A stretch of DNA of 64,000 nucleotides from a virus (IMGVR_UViG_3300009161_003648:1-64000), one strand, 5' to 3'. Shown: positions 19,726 to 30,333, counted from the stretch's first letter. Notes: a model not told the origin generated them from the sequence alone. Made by a program: numbers and translations.

Positions 19726-22143
19726 TTATTGCTTTATAAATAGTATCGATTGACCATACGTTGTTGCAACATAACTACCAGAAGGTAAGTTTCTTACACC
19801 AACCCAATCACCATTAGCTGAATAACGTGACGTTTTAACAGTACTTCCTAATATATTTTTAATAACCATATTTCCAGATGTATTTGAATTTATATATATT
19901 GACCTTCTACTTGAATTATAATAAAAACTTGTAATAATAACTGAAGAACAAGACCTTTGTAAGCTATCATTTGGTGGAATACCAGTACAACCAAGAGGAC
20001 CGCTAGTGTATGTTCTAGATTGTAAGCCATTAATACACGTACTCCATGGGCTATATATAATAGTACATGGGGTTGAACAAGGTCTTTCAACACTATCAAT
20101 TGGTGGTGTTGAATTACATCCGCTAGGTGTTGATGTATATGGTCTAGTTTGAATGCCATTGGAACAAGCACCCCATTGACCATAAGTAAATGCACAAGGA
20201 ATAGGAACAACATTATATTGCGCGTAAAGACCAATAGACGGCTTATCAATTATTGGATTACCTTCAAAATCAACTGTAAAATTTGGTGTTGGTAAAGCAT
20301 TTAATACACCGTAACTTGTATCGATTAAATGTAAGTCCCAGTCTTCTGGATAAGTTGCGGTTGTGTCTCTAAATATTTTTGTTGTTATAACCCTTTCACC
20401 ACTTTGTAATGTACCTCCTAAAGTTGAGGTATATCTTACAGAACCCAAAGGACAATAAATATTATTACTTCTCTTAAACCTATTTCTATCATAAACGCCT
20501 TGAACCCCAGTTGTCCAATAAAAGATATTATTTCTCATATCAAACATTGTGTCTATATTTGAACCATAAAGCGTATTATCACTAGAATATTGTATTGTAA
20601 CTTTTTTACCTCCATAATTAGCAAATGAACTATTGCTCGGCGCTGTCCATGTTTGGTCTGACACAGGTAAATAATATTCAACGCTTGTTGTTGTTCTAGA
20701 TTGTGTACAAGGAACACTTAGAGTAAGTTGATTCCCAGATATATTTGTAACGGTAACTGTTTGATAATTTTTACCTAATAAAGAATCATTATTTATAAAT
20801 GCTACCGAACCAATTAAAATCCCAGAAGCATTACTTACGGTTATAATATTTGAACCTGCTGTTGTTGTAGTTGTTGGTCTTAATGGATAGTTTGGTGGGT
20901 TAAATGTACTATAAGGATTTCTACAAAACCACCACGGGTTTGGCGTACCAGGTGCAAACCCCTGACCATCACCATAAGTATCTTTACCAAAACCCCAACC
21001 TATGTGTCTATCTTTATTATTTGATATAACAACATTATTCCAAAATGCCATATGGTGATTATTACCAGCAAAAACATCACCAGCAGTCCCATGAAAATAA
21101 GCCATCTGTTCACAATTAATAATTTTATTAAAAGCAATTGTGTCGTATTGACTACCACCATTAGGGTCGTAAGAATCTAAATTGCCAAACTCCATCATAC
21201 CATTACAATCAACAACAGTATTATAGCAAATTTTAGAATTATATAATGCAAAAACATCAAATGCAACACCACCTAATCCAGTACATGAACCAATTCTACC
21301 TGATTTAGCCCAAGCACCACGAATATAGTTATGGCTTATTTCAACCCTAATACCAGTTAGCCCTTCAATAGCGCCAGCCATAATATCATTTATGCCTGCA
21401 GTATCTGAACTTGATTTAAAATTTGTAAAGGAACAATTAGTTATTTTTGAATCTACAGCAGCTAATCCTTGTATACCGTATATTGTATTATTAAATTTAC
21501 AATTTTTAATTACAAAACGAGTAACCATATATTTTCTTCTGGTTGTATCGCTATAACTATTTCTAGGTATAGATGATGTACCATTTGTCCATTCACCAAT
21601 TATCCAACCACCTGAGTAACCTGGGTTTGTTTTATCTGATTCAGGAACCCTAAAGTCATTACTTTGAATACCATCTATGACAATGTCGTGGACACCAGCA
21701 AATTCTATTATACCTCTACCTTCTCTTGTATATGGCCAACTTGATACTGGATAATAAGCTCTGGGGTGTAACCAATTAGGTAATGGTAACGATGGGTCAC
21801 CATAATTTGTAAAAACTATTGGATTATTAGGTGTACCACTTGGCGCTGTAAAGTAAGTACCGCCATCGTTCCAATAATACGCTGCGCAGTAATTATCATT
21901 TGGGTTACCATAAAAAACATCACCTCTTTTAAAACAAATCGTATCCCCAGCTCTAAAAGTTGAAGGTCCATTTGTCCCTGTTGACATGGAAGTTAATTTC
22001 CTCAAAGTAGCCCATGGCGTTGCTTGATTTTGAGCTTGTGTTGTAGTGTAATTGTCGCTACCTGTTGAACTAAAATAAAATTTTCTAGCGTAAGTTGTTG
22101 TTAATGTAATTAACAAAGTTAAAAGTAAAACTGTTTTTTTCAT
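19726..22143 (-). CDS. Secreted right-handed beta-helix (lyase/depolymerase-like) protein with TSP1-like repeats and T9SS type-A C-terminal sorting domain
   Basis: Signal peptide MKKTVLLLTLLITLTTTYA, then YFSSTGSD...PWATLRKL...AGDTICFKRGD beta-helix start. Two C-x-YxxWxxC-xNG-xQ-xR repeats. C-terminus VIKNILGSTVK...VRNLPSGSYV...ILFIKQ. Confidence 0.75.
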   Translation of the reverse strand: MKKTVLLLTLLITLTTTYARKFYFSSTGSDNYTTTQAQNQATPWATLRKLTSMSTGTNGPSTFRAGDTICFKRGDVFYGNPNDNYCAAYYWNDGGTYFTAPSGTPNNPIVFTNYGDPSLPLPNWLHPRAYYPVSSWPYTREGRGIIEFAGVHDIVIDGIQSNDFRVPESDKTNPGYSGGWIIGEWTNGTSSIPRNSYSDTTRRKYMVTRFVIKNCKFNNTIYGIQGLAAVDSKITNCSFTNFKSSSDTAGINDIMAGAIEGLTGIRVEISHNYIRGAWAKSGRIGSCTGLGGVAFDVFALYNSKICYNTVVDCNGMMEFGNLDSYDPNGGSQYDTIAFNKIINCEQMAYFHGTAGDVFAGNNHHMAFWNNVVISNNKDRHIGWGFGKDTYGDGQGFAPGTPNPWWFCRNPYSTFNPPNYPLRPTTTTTAGSNIITVSNASGILIGSVAFINNDSLLGKNYQTVTVTNISGNQLTLSVPCTQSRTTTSVEYYLPVSDQTWTAPSNSSFANYGGKKVTIQYSSDNTLYGSNIDTMFDMRNNIFYWTTGVQGVYDRNRFKRSNNIYCPLGSVRYTSTLGGTLQSGERVITTKIFRDTTATYPEDWDLHLIDTSYGVLNALPTPNFTVDFEGNPIIDKPSIGLYAQYNVVPIPCAFTYGQWGACSNGIQTRPYTSTPSGCNSTPPIDSVERPCSTPCTIIYSPWSTCINGLQSRTYTSGPLGCTGIPPNDSLQRSCSSVIITSFYYNSSRRSIYINSNTSGNMVIKNILGSTVKTSRYSANGDWVGVRNLPSGSYVATTYGQSILFIKQ

Positions 22144-22181
22144 TTTTTTTTATTTTTTTTATTATTTATTAAAATATATTA

Positions 22182-22466
22182 TTAAGCCGAAGGAATGGTA
22201 ACCCAAGAATAACCGTTCCATCTTTTTATTGTTGCCTTAACCCAAGAAGAACCATTCCATCTTTTAAATGCAATTAACTTAGAAACCCATGCTTTACCAT
22301 TAAAAATTTTAGTTTGATAAGGTGTTGCTGGAATAGATAAAAAATAATCCGTCATTGCTGAGGTTATACTTTGTTGTTTTTGACCAAAAAAAATTTTGTT
22401 TTCTAATGACTCTGGTGTCACTAGTGATGACCTAAGCGGGTATTTACCTTGTCCAGTGTTTGGCAT
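22182..22466 (-). CDS. Small hypothetical tail-associated protein
   Basis: 94 aa with repeated K(R)WNG.SW motif, located in the fibre block. Confidence 0.55.
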   Translation of the reverse strand: MPNTGQGKYPLRSSLVTPESLENKIFFGQKQQSITSAMTDYFLSIPATPYQTKIFNGKAWVSKLIAFKRWNGSSWVKATIKRWNGYSWVTIPSA

Positions 22467-22476
22467 ATTTTTGTTT

Positions 22477-23268
22477 TTATCCTTTTGTAAATATTATTTG
22501 TCCCGTGATTGCTGGTGCTGTGGTACCAACTGGCATAAAAATTAAAAACGGTACAGTATTGTCAAATAATCTTGGAAATCCAGATGTTATTGCATCAACT
22601 TGATTACCAAATCCAGCGCCTATATCTACACTAGCTAATATTCTATAACAAACTAAACTAAAATTTCCAGTAGTACCAATACTGCTAATTGAAAAATTTC
22701 TAACTTCTTTAGCGCCAGTATGACCACTAACAAATGCGATAGGGTAAATAGCCCCAATCAACGAAGTTGCACCAATACTTGTTGTACCCGTTGCTTGAAC
22801 GTTATTACTACTAGTATAACCAATACTTACCGTTGACCCAACAGAAGTTGTTGCTGACGTTACTTCAACACCAATCAAACAACCCTCACCATTTATTGAT
22901 TGGTTAATATCTCTAGCGGCAAACGCTACAGAATTTACTGTTTGTACTGTTGTCGTATTTGATAAAACACCAGAATTTTGCCATAATCTGTCGCATAATA
23001 ACAATGTACCCGCACTATTACTTAAAGCTGAAAATTTACTTAAATAAGTATTTTGTCCAGCTGTTGGATTAGTAAATGGTATTTGACCAGTATATGCTGT
23101 TAAAGCAGCACCAGCAATACCAATAGTTGTACCCGATGCCGAACCAGGTAGCCCACCCGCATATAATAAACTATATAATCTACCAGCTACAGTAGTAGTA
23201 CCTGCTTTGTAAAAATTTACAGGTATTGTTGCACCTGATATTATTCCGTCTAATGTTGTTATTGCCAT
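22477..23268 (-). CDS. Hypothetical structural protein, paralog A
   Basis: 263 aa. Shares LDG.ISG, LTAYTGQIPFTNPTAGQNTYL, L.LCDRLW and SGFPR.FDNTVPFL with the adjacent ORF. Confidence 0.75.
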   Translation of the reverse strand: MAITTLDGIISGATIPVNFYKAGTTTVAGRLYSLLYAGGLPGSASGTTIGIAGAALTAYTGQIPFTNPTAGQNTYLSKFSALSNSAGTLLLCDRLWQNSGVLSNTTTVQTVNSVAFAARDINQSINGEGCLIGVEVTSATTSVGSTVSIGYTSSNNVQATGTTSIGATSLIGAIYPIAFVSGHTGAKEVRNFSISSIGTTGNFSLVCYRILASVDIGAGFGNQVDAITSGFPRLFDNTVPFLIFMPVGTTAPAITGQIIFTKG

Positions 23269-23280
23269 ATTTTATTTTTT

Positions 23281-24090
23281 TTATCCTTGTGTATATATTA
23301 TTTGTGCTGATAAAGTTGGTACACCTGCTGAAACATCGTGCCACATTAATAAAAATGGAACGGTATTATCAAACATTCTTGGAAATCCAGATGTAAATGC
23401 GTCAACACTATTGGTTCTACCCATTCTATAATCCACCGATGACATTATCCTAAACGCAACTAATGAATAAGCCCCAGTATTACCTGTAGCACTATGTGTA
23501 ATAGTACCAATAGCCTTAACACCCGTATGACCCGATAATAACGGTACTATTCTAAACGTACCAGCCGATTGAGTGCTAGTCATAGTAACTGATGTTGAAC
23601 CTGTTGTATCTGTACTAGAGGTATATGTAATAGTTAAAGTGTTAGTTGCCGATAACGCCATAGTTGTTGAAATCTCAAACCCCAAGTAAATACCTTCACC
23701 ATTTGTTGATTGATTAACATCTCTAGGTGGAAATGTAACTGAATTTACTGTTTGTGCGCTTAATGTTGTAAGCGAAATGGAAGAATTATGCCACAATCTG
23801 TCACATAAAAAAAGAGTACCATTTAAACTTGTGGTTGTAGATTGTACATATGCGGAGAATCTACCTAAATAAGTATTTTGTCCAGCTGTCGGATTAGTAA
23901 ATGGTATTTGACCAGTATATGCTGTTAAAGCAGCACCAGAAATACCTTCAGTATTTGCAGTAGCCCCACTAGGAAAACCAGCGGCATAAATTAAAGAATT
24001 AAGTTGACCCTGAGTAGCATACCCTGTTTTAATTATTTGTATCGGTTGGGCCAACCCACTAATAACACCATCTAAACTATTGATTGCCAT
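23281..24090 (-). CDS. Hypothetical structural protein, paralog B
   Basis: 269 aa; tandem paralog of 22477-23268. Confidence 0.75.
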   Translation of the reverse strand: MAINSLDGVISGLAQPIQIIKTGYATQGQLNSLIYAAGFPSGATANTEGISGAALTAYTGQIPFTNPTAGQNTYLGRFSAYVQSTTTSLNGTLFLCDRLWHNSSISLTTLSAQTVNSVTFPPRDVNQSTNGEGIYLGFEISTTMALSATNTLTITYTSSTDTTGSTSVTMTSTQSAGTFRIVPLLSGHTGVKAIGTITHSATGNTGAYSLVAFRIMSSVDYRMGRTNSVDAFTSGFPRMFDNTVPFLLMWHDVSAGVPTLSAQIIYTQG

Positions 24091-24109
24091 TTTTTATTTT
24101 TTTTATTTT

Positions 24110-27100
24110 TTATACACTTAAATCAATCCAAATATCATTAAGTTGCGGCGCAACAGGTGCTGTTGCGGACGCTGTTATTGTTGATATTCCATTAGCAATA
24201 ACAACATCTTGTCTATATGTTATAACACCATTTGAATCTGAGACTAAAAATTTATTATCATAATTTGTATTTTGTTGTAATCCCTCAATTCTTATTGGAT
24301 TTGCTGTTGAATATACATGCAACGCATTTGTTATAGCTGAAGTAGCAACGTTAATACCAATTCTACCATTTGCTTGTGCTGTTGTAATTGGATTACCATC
24401 AATTGAACTATATGTACCAGTACCTAATAGGACACCACCAATATTTATACTATTTGTTGTACCACTAGGTAAAGAAATATTGGTACCAATAATAATATTA
24501 TTTGAACCAATTTTATTACCTGTAACACCTTTACCAGCTTGGTAACCAATTAATGTTGAACCAGTAGTAGTGGTATTAAAACCTGCTTGAGTACCTATAA
24601 ATACTGAATTATTAGAGTTTGATGACTGATAACCAGCTTGATACCCCATAAATGTTGAACCGCTAGAATTTTTTGTACTAAAACCTGCTTGATAACCCAA
24701 GAAATTTGAATTCGTTGTTCCTGATGATGTATAACCAGCTTGATAACCTAAAAAATTTGTATTAGTAGAACCTGATGATGTATAACCAGCTTGATTACCT
24801 ATAAAAATTGCATTAGCTGCATAATTAGAAGCATATCCAGCTTGATAACCTAACATTACAGTATCGGTAACACCTATTACTCCCGTACCAGCCGCGCGAC
24901 CAATAAAGGTCGAATTGGTAGCAGAATAAGCATCAGCACCACAATTCTGACCAATCATTACTGTATCATTTAAATTTTTGGTACGTTCACCAGCTGATTC
25001 ATTTATAAATGTAGAATATGAATTACCTGTAGATGAATCACCAGCCAAACGACCAACAAACACGCTACGTGAACTATTTACAACACTAATTGCCGATTCA
25101 AATCCTATCGCTGTATTTTGAAGATGTGTATAACCAGATGGATTACCCCATCCTAGTGAACCCAAAGCGTTCCAACCACTTCTATAACCAACATAAACGC
25201 CATAAGTATCATTTGTCATACCATAACCAGCTTCATGCCCAATAATTGTCGAATTAAAATTATTTTTTCCAAACTTACTAGCTTGATAACCAATTGCAAC
25301 TATTGATGAATTATTTCCATAAGAAGAAATAGTTGTAGCTGTTATACCTGTACTACCATAATTAGCTTGGTAACCAATTATGGTAGAACCTGACATATTA
25401 TTTAATGATTGGTAATTAGCCTCATAACCTATAACATTTGAATAAGTTGATGCGCCATTAAATTGGTAATTAGCTCGATAACCTATTGCATATGAATGCG
25501 AAGAGCCGCTTGACTGATAACCAGCTTGCTCACCAATAAAAATAACATTTGTTGATTGCGCCCCACTAATTGATGACTGATAACCAGCTTGGGTACCAAT
25601 AAAAATTGAATCTGTTGGTGTATGGTTATAACGACCAGCCTCAGACCCAATACCAATTGAAGCACCAAGCGTGTTACCATTACCACCAGCATTTGGCCCA
25701 ATATATACTGAAGATGATGCCCCATTTGTACTTGCGCCAGCACCAAGACCAATAAGAACAGAATTAGAAGAAGTGCCAGACATACGTTGAGCCGCTTGAT
25801 AACCAATAGCAACTGAACTATTTAAACTTGTACCAGTAGATGAAAATTGTCCTGCTGTTCGACCAATAATAACACTATTAGTGGCGGTACCACTAAAACT
25901 ATCTACCGCATCATAACCTAAAATTACTGAGTTACCAATAGTCGAACCAGTATTAACATTCTTAGCTGCGTTTGGACCAATAATAATACTATTACTAGCG
26001 GTACCACTAAAACCTTGTGCTGCGCCATTACCCATAACAACAGCAGATGAAATTGTCGAAGCAGTCCAAACAGCGTTACCTGCATTTTGACCAATAAAAA
26101 CACTACCACTAGCAGTACCAGCAAAATTTTGTGCTGCGCTAACACCCATAGCAACAGAATTAGTAAAACTTTTAGAATTATAACCAGCCAAACTGCCTAT
26201 CAATACAGAACTACTAACATTATTTGCTAAATAACCAGCCGAAGAACCAACAATAACAGCGCTATTAGAAGAACCACTAATTCTTCTACCTGCATTATTA
26301 CCAATAAAAACACTATTTGAAATAGTTGCAAGATTTGTTGTACCAGTAGTTGGGGTAAACGGTTGTGTTGCTGCAAGGCTACCAATCGCAATAACATTTG
26401 TAGCCTCATTTGCTGTTCCAGCACTTATAAGTGTTTGATACCCAACAGATATACTGTAAGTTAATCCAGTAGACCTAGAACCAGAATCGGTACCAATTAA
26501 AACACTACCGAATGAACCAATATTATTTAACCCAGCCCTATACCCTATATAATCGGAGTAATCATTTAAAGTTGCACCACTACCAGCTTGGTAGCCAATA
26601 AAATTAAAAAATTTGGTATCAGTAGCCCCACTACCAGCTTCATAACCAATTATATTACCATATTGTATATTACTAGACAATTTACCAGCTGAAGTACCAA
26701 TAAGTGTTGTACCTGTTATGGCGGACGCTTGATAACCAGCTTGGTTACCAATAAAATTTAAATCACTATTTACGGTTACATCTGAAAAAAGAACACCCAA
26801 ACCCGCATTGTAACCAATAAAATTCGAGAAAGTTATACCAGTTGATGATTCACCAGCACTAGTACCAATAAAAGTTGAATTGCTTGTATTACTTGCACTA
26901 TTACCAGCGTCAGAACCAATAAAATTTGAAGAGTCTACATTAGTAGTCACATTACCAGCACTAGTACCAATAAAATTTGAGTTTGGGGAACCACTTGCAA
27001 GATACCCAGCATTATTCCCGATAAAATTAGAACTATCAGAACCTCTTGCCCCCATACCAGCAGCGAGACCAATAAAATTAGTAACTACAGAGCCTGTGGT

Positions 27101-30100
27101 GCCACTACCAGCATTCGTACCAATAAAATTTGAATTTGTAACACCTGTTGCCTCATAACCAGCATTAGCACCAATAAAATTTGAATTACTAGCATTAGTT
27201 GCTCCTTGACCAGCATAGGAGCCCATAAAGTTTGAATCACTAACATTAGTTGCACCATTACCAGCATTTAAACCAATAAAATTTGAACTACTACTACCAC
27301 TTGCTTGATTACCAGCATTAGGTCCTAGGAAATTTGAATAGTAAGCATCATTTGCTGACGTACCAGCACCAGACCCAAAAAAGTTTGAATTGTAAGCATC
27401 AGTTGCGTTATTACCAGCATTTTGACCCAAGAAATTTGAATTACTAGCACCCGTTGAACTCTGACCTGCATAACCACCTATAAAATTAGAATATGTTGCA
27501 TTTGTTGAATACTTACCAGCATTATAGCCAATAAAATTTGAATAGCTTGAACTAGTTGCCTCACTACCAGCAAAACTACCAATAAAATTTGAACTGGATA
27601 CGTCTGGGCTGTTAATACCAGCATTATTACCAATAAAATTTGAATTGCTTGAACCAGTTGCTAAATAACCAGCACTATTACCAATAAAATTTGAACCTTC
27701 AGAATTTGACGCAGACTGACCAGCACTAGGACCAATAAAATTTGAAAAACGTGAATTATTTGTGCTACTACCAGCCAAATTACCAACAACAAACATAAGT
27801 TCATCTAAAGCTTGAGCGCCATCACCAATAGCTATTGAATTTGCTGATAATACAACTGGTGGTGTTGTTGGGTCTCCTGCTGGTTCAGCGTAATATTTTA
27901 AAGAAACTGTTGATGAGCCACCAGTTAAACCAGAAAGTGGATAAGCATGCAATACACCATCCAAACCAACACTCACAACATATGTATCAGCCGTTGTTGC
28001 TGTTAACCCTTGGAATCTAACTGGGTTTGTTGCTGCTGATATATGTAATGTATTTGTTGCTGCAGTTGTACCTAAACCAGTATTTCCAGATGCGTCAATG
28101 TACAACCTAATTGTACCAGCACCATTAGCAATAACGATACTATCTGTTAATCCGCTTGTAAGTTGTGGTATATTGTGTCCAATGACAAGGTTATTGCTTC
28201 CTGTTATAATACCTTTACCAGCATAATTACCGATATAAATATTATTATCACCACTTGTTTGTCCAGAACCAGCAATAAAACCAATTAGTATTGTATTGTT
28301 TAAAATAGAAGTACCAGTGTAAACGTTATTTAACAAACCAGTTGAAAAACCAACACTAGTATTACCAGTACCACTTGTATTATGATATAAAACGTAAGCA
28401 CCAACGCCAGTATTAGCACTAGAAGTTGTATTATTAAATAGCGCTAAAGGACCAAAACCTGTATTATAAGAGCCTGTTGTATTATTTCTCATAGAATTAG
28501 TACCAACAGCTGCATTTATTATACCTGTTGTATTTGCACCTAATGAAACAAAACCAATAGCTGTGTTTGACGTACCAGTAGTATTTGCATTTAAAGCACT
28601 CGCACCAACTGCTGTATTATTATTACCGTTAGTAAAAACACTCAAAGCACCATTACCAATAGCAATATTACTACTACCACCTGTAAACCTATTTAATGCT
28701 AGATAACCAATTGCAACACCTAAACTACCCGTTGTGTTTGCAGCCAGCGCACCCGAACCAATCGCCATGTTTCTAATACCAGTAGTGCTTAAAGATAAAG
28801 CACCAGCACCAATAGCTGTATTTTCAGTACCTGTTGTATTATTAGTTAATGCGCTTGTGCCAATTGCATTATTACTGTGCCCACTTGTATTTTTTGCTAA
28901 TGCTTGATAACCAATTGCTGTATTACTATAGCCGCTTGTAATCGCTGATAATGAACCAGCACCAATACCCGTATTACCACCGAAATTAAGTCCTGAGTTA
29001 ATTGTTGCGAAGTTACCAGCATTTGCACCTAAAAATAAGTTATTAGAACCATATGTATGTATAAATCTATTTGAATTTTGATTTATGACACCAGAACTTG
29101 CCGATGTTGTACTAGGTATATCAACAGTTGTTGCGGATAAACTACCATTAACTGTTAAGCCTGTTGTTGATTGTATTATTGCTGTAAAAGTACCACCTGT
29201 TGAAGTGTTTATTGTAAATGTATTTGATGTTGGTGAATATGAAAAATTAGATATACTTGTATCAGTATATCCACTTGTAAAACCCGACACATCAAATGTT
29301 CCACGACCACTCAACGCCAACCAATTAGTTGTATCAGCTGTTGGAGGTATTGGACTAGGTCCAGCATTAGTAGATATTACAAAATAATCTTTATTATTAC
29401 CGCTATAGGTAACAACCGTACTAGCAGTATATGCGGACACCGCTCTCCAATTACCAGCGTAATATAAACCAGTACGGCTATTGTTAACATTTGAATAGAA
29501 TGTAACAACACCATTGTTTTTATTATAGGTTCCACCAGTTACAGTCATATCCGTCGCTAATATACTTAGATTTACTGTTAATGGTGAGTTATTGTTTTGG
29601 TTAATAGTTAAATCATAATCACCCTGACTAAATGTAAACCCAGTAACATAAACGTCTTTCGGCAATCCATTATATTGTGTTGCTGATATTGTTGTTGCTG
29701 AAAAAGTATTGGCAGACAATCCGTTGGTAAATAAAGTAGCACCATTAACTGTACCACCAGTAAACATGTCTATTGGTAAATTAAGATATTCATTAGCATA
29801 TATTGTACCACCACTTATTGTATTAGCAGACAAACCATTTGTAAATGTTGTAAGTCCATTAACCGTACCACCTGTAAAATTATCTACTGGTAAATTAAGG
29901 TATTCGTTAGCATATATTGTACCACCACTTATTGTATTTGCCGATAAACCATTTGTAAATGTTGTAAATCCACTAACAGTACCACCTGTAAAGTTACCAA
30001 CAGGTAAATTAAGATACTCGTTAGCATATATCGTACCACCACTTATTGTATTTGCTGATAAACCACCAGTAAATATTGTTTCACCATTAACAGTACCACC

Positions 30101-30328
30101 AGTAAAGTTACTAACAGTTTTTAATACTAAGTCATTATCGGCGATACCGCTATAATACCAATATTCAACCACACCAGAACCAGAGAAAATACCAACGGTT
30201 AGACCCTTTGTTCTTTGTAATGGTAGTATATTAGTATTGGCATCCGTAATACCACTCCATGGACCGTAACGGCTGTCCAATAATTTTGGTGAGATACTAT
30301 TTATATTGTCACTAAGATTTATTGCCAT
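24110..30328 (-). CDS. Very large (2,072 aa) fibre/adhesin with 38-aa N-terminal repeats, a CBM-like insert and dozens of 14-aa beta-roll repeats
   Basis: TGGTVNG...GLSANTISGGTIYANEYLNLP x3-4; NTAIGxxAL and SNFIGxxAG repeats (42-bp DNA period); C-terminal DIWIDLS. Confidence 0.85.
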   Translation of the reverse strand: MAINLSDNINSISPKLLDSRYGPWSGITDANTNILPLQRTKGLTVGIFSGSGVVEYWYYSGIADNDLVLKTVSNFTGGTVNGETIFTGGLSANTISGGTIYANEYLNLPVGNFTGGTVSGFTTFTNGLSANTISGGTIYANEYLNLPVDNFTGGTVNGLTTFTNGLSANTISGGTIYANEYLNLPIDMFTGGTVNGATLFTNGLSANTFSATTISATQYNGLPKDVYVTGFTFSQGDYDLTINQNNNSPLTVNLSILATDMTVTGGTYNKNNGVVTFYSNVNNSRTGLYYAGNWRAVSAYTASTVVTYSGNNKDYFVISTNAGPSPIPPTADTTNWLALSGRGTFDVSGFTSGYTDTSISNFSYSPTSNTFTINTSTGGTFTAIIQSTTGLTVNGSLSATTVDIPSTTSASSGVINQNSNRFIHTYGSNNLFLGANAGNFATINSGLNFGGNTGIGAGSLSAITSGYSNTAIGYQALAKNTSGHSNNAIGTSALTNNTTGTENTAIGAGALSLSTTGIRNMAIGSGALAANTTGSLGVAIGYLALNRFTGGSSNIAIGNGALSVFTNGNNNTAVGASALNANTTGTSNTAIGFVSLGANTTGIINAAVGTNSMRNNTTGSYNTGFGPLALFNNTTSSANTGVGAYVLYHNTSGTGNTSVGFSTGLLNNVYTGTSILNNTILIGFIAGSGQTSGDNNIYIGNYAGKGIITGSNNLVIGHNIPQLTSGLTDSIVIANGAGTIRLYIDASGNTGLGTTAATNTLHISAATNPVRFQGLTATTADTYVVSVGLDGVLHAYPLSGLTGGSSTVSLKYYAEPAGDPTTPPVVLSANSIAIGDGAQALDELMFVVGNLAGSSTNNSRFSNFIGPSAGQSASNSEGSNFIGNSAGYLATGSSNSNFIGNNAGINSPDVSSSNFIGSFAGSEATSSSYSNFIGYNAGKYSTNATYSNFIGGYAGQSSTGASNSNFLGQNAGNNATDAYNSNFFGSGAGTSANDAYYSNFLGPNAGNQASGSSSSNFIGLNAGNGATNVSDSNFMGSYAGQGATNASNSNFIGANAGYEATGVTNSNFIGTNAGSGTTGSVVTNFIGLAAGMGARGSDSSNFIGNNAGYLASGSPNSNFIGTSAGNVTTNVDSSNFIGSDAGNSASNTSNSTFIGTSAGESSTGITFSNFIGYNAGLGVLFSDVTVNSDLNFIGNQAGYQASAITGTTLIGTSAGKLSSNIQYGNIIGYEAGSGATDTKFFNFIGYQAGSGATLNDYSDYIGYRAGLNNIGSFGSVLIGTDSGSRSTGLTYSISVGYQTLISAGTANEATNVIAIGSLAATQPFTPTTGTTNLATISNSVFIGNNAGRRISGSSNSAVIVGSSAGYLANNVSSSVLIGSLAGYNSKSFTNSVAMGVSAAQNFAGTASGSVFIGQNAGNAVWTASTISSAVVMGNGAAQGFSGTASNSIIIGPNAAKNVNTGSTIGNSVILGYDAVDSFSGTATNSVIIGRTAGQFSSTGTSLNSSVAIGYQAAQRMSGTSSNSVLIGLGAGASTNGASSSVYIGPNAGGNGNTLGASIGIGSEAGRYNHTPTDSIFIGTQAGYQSSISGAQSTNVIFIGEQAGYQSSGSSHSYAIGYRANYQFNGASTYSNVIGYEANYQSLNNMSGSTIIGYQANYGSTGITATTISSYGNNSSIVAIGYQASKFGKNNFNSTIIGHEAGYGMTNDTYGVYVGYRSGWNALGSLGWGNPSGYTHLQNTAIGFESAISVVNSSRSVFVGRLAGDSSTGNSYSTFINESAGERTKNLNDTVMIGQNCGADAYSATNSTFIGRAAGTGVIGVTDTVMLGYQAGYASNYAANAIFIGNQAGYTSSGSTNTNFLGYQAGYTSSGTTNSNFLGYQAGFSTKNSSGSTFMGYQAGYQSSNSNNSVFIGTQAGFNTTTTGSTLIGYQAGKGVTGNKIGSNNIIIGTNISLPSGTTNSINIGGVLLGTGTYSSIDGNPITTAQANGRIGINVATSAITNALHVYSTANPIRIEGLQQNTNYDNKFLVSDSNGVITYRQDVVIANGISTITASATAPVAPQLNDIWIDLSV

Positions 30329-30333
30329 ATTAT

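Noticed and set aside
22477-24090. Diversity-generating retroelement (TR/VR pair)
   Set aside because: The shared tract has a single mismatch, is not at a gene 3' end, both copies are coding, and no reverse transcriptase is visible in the window.
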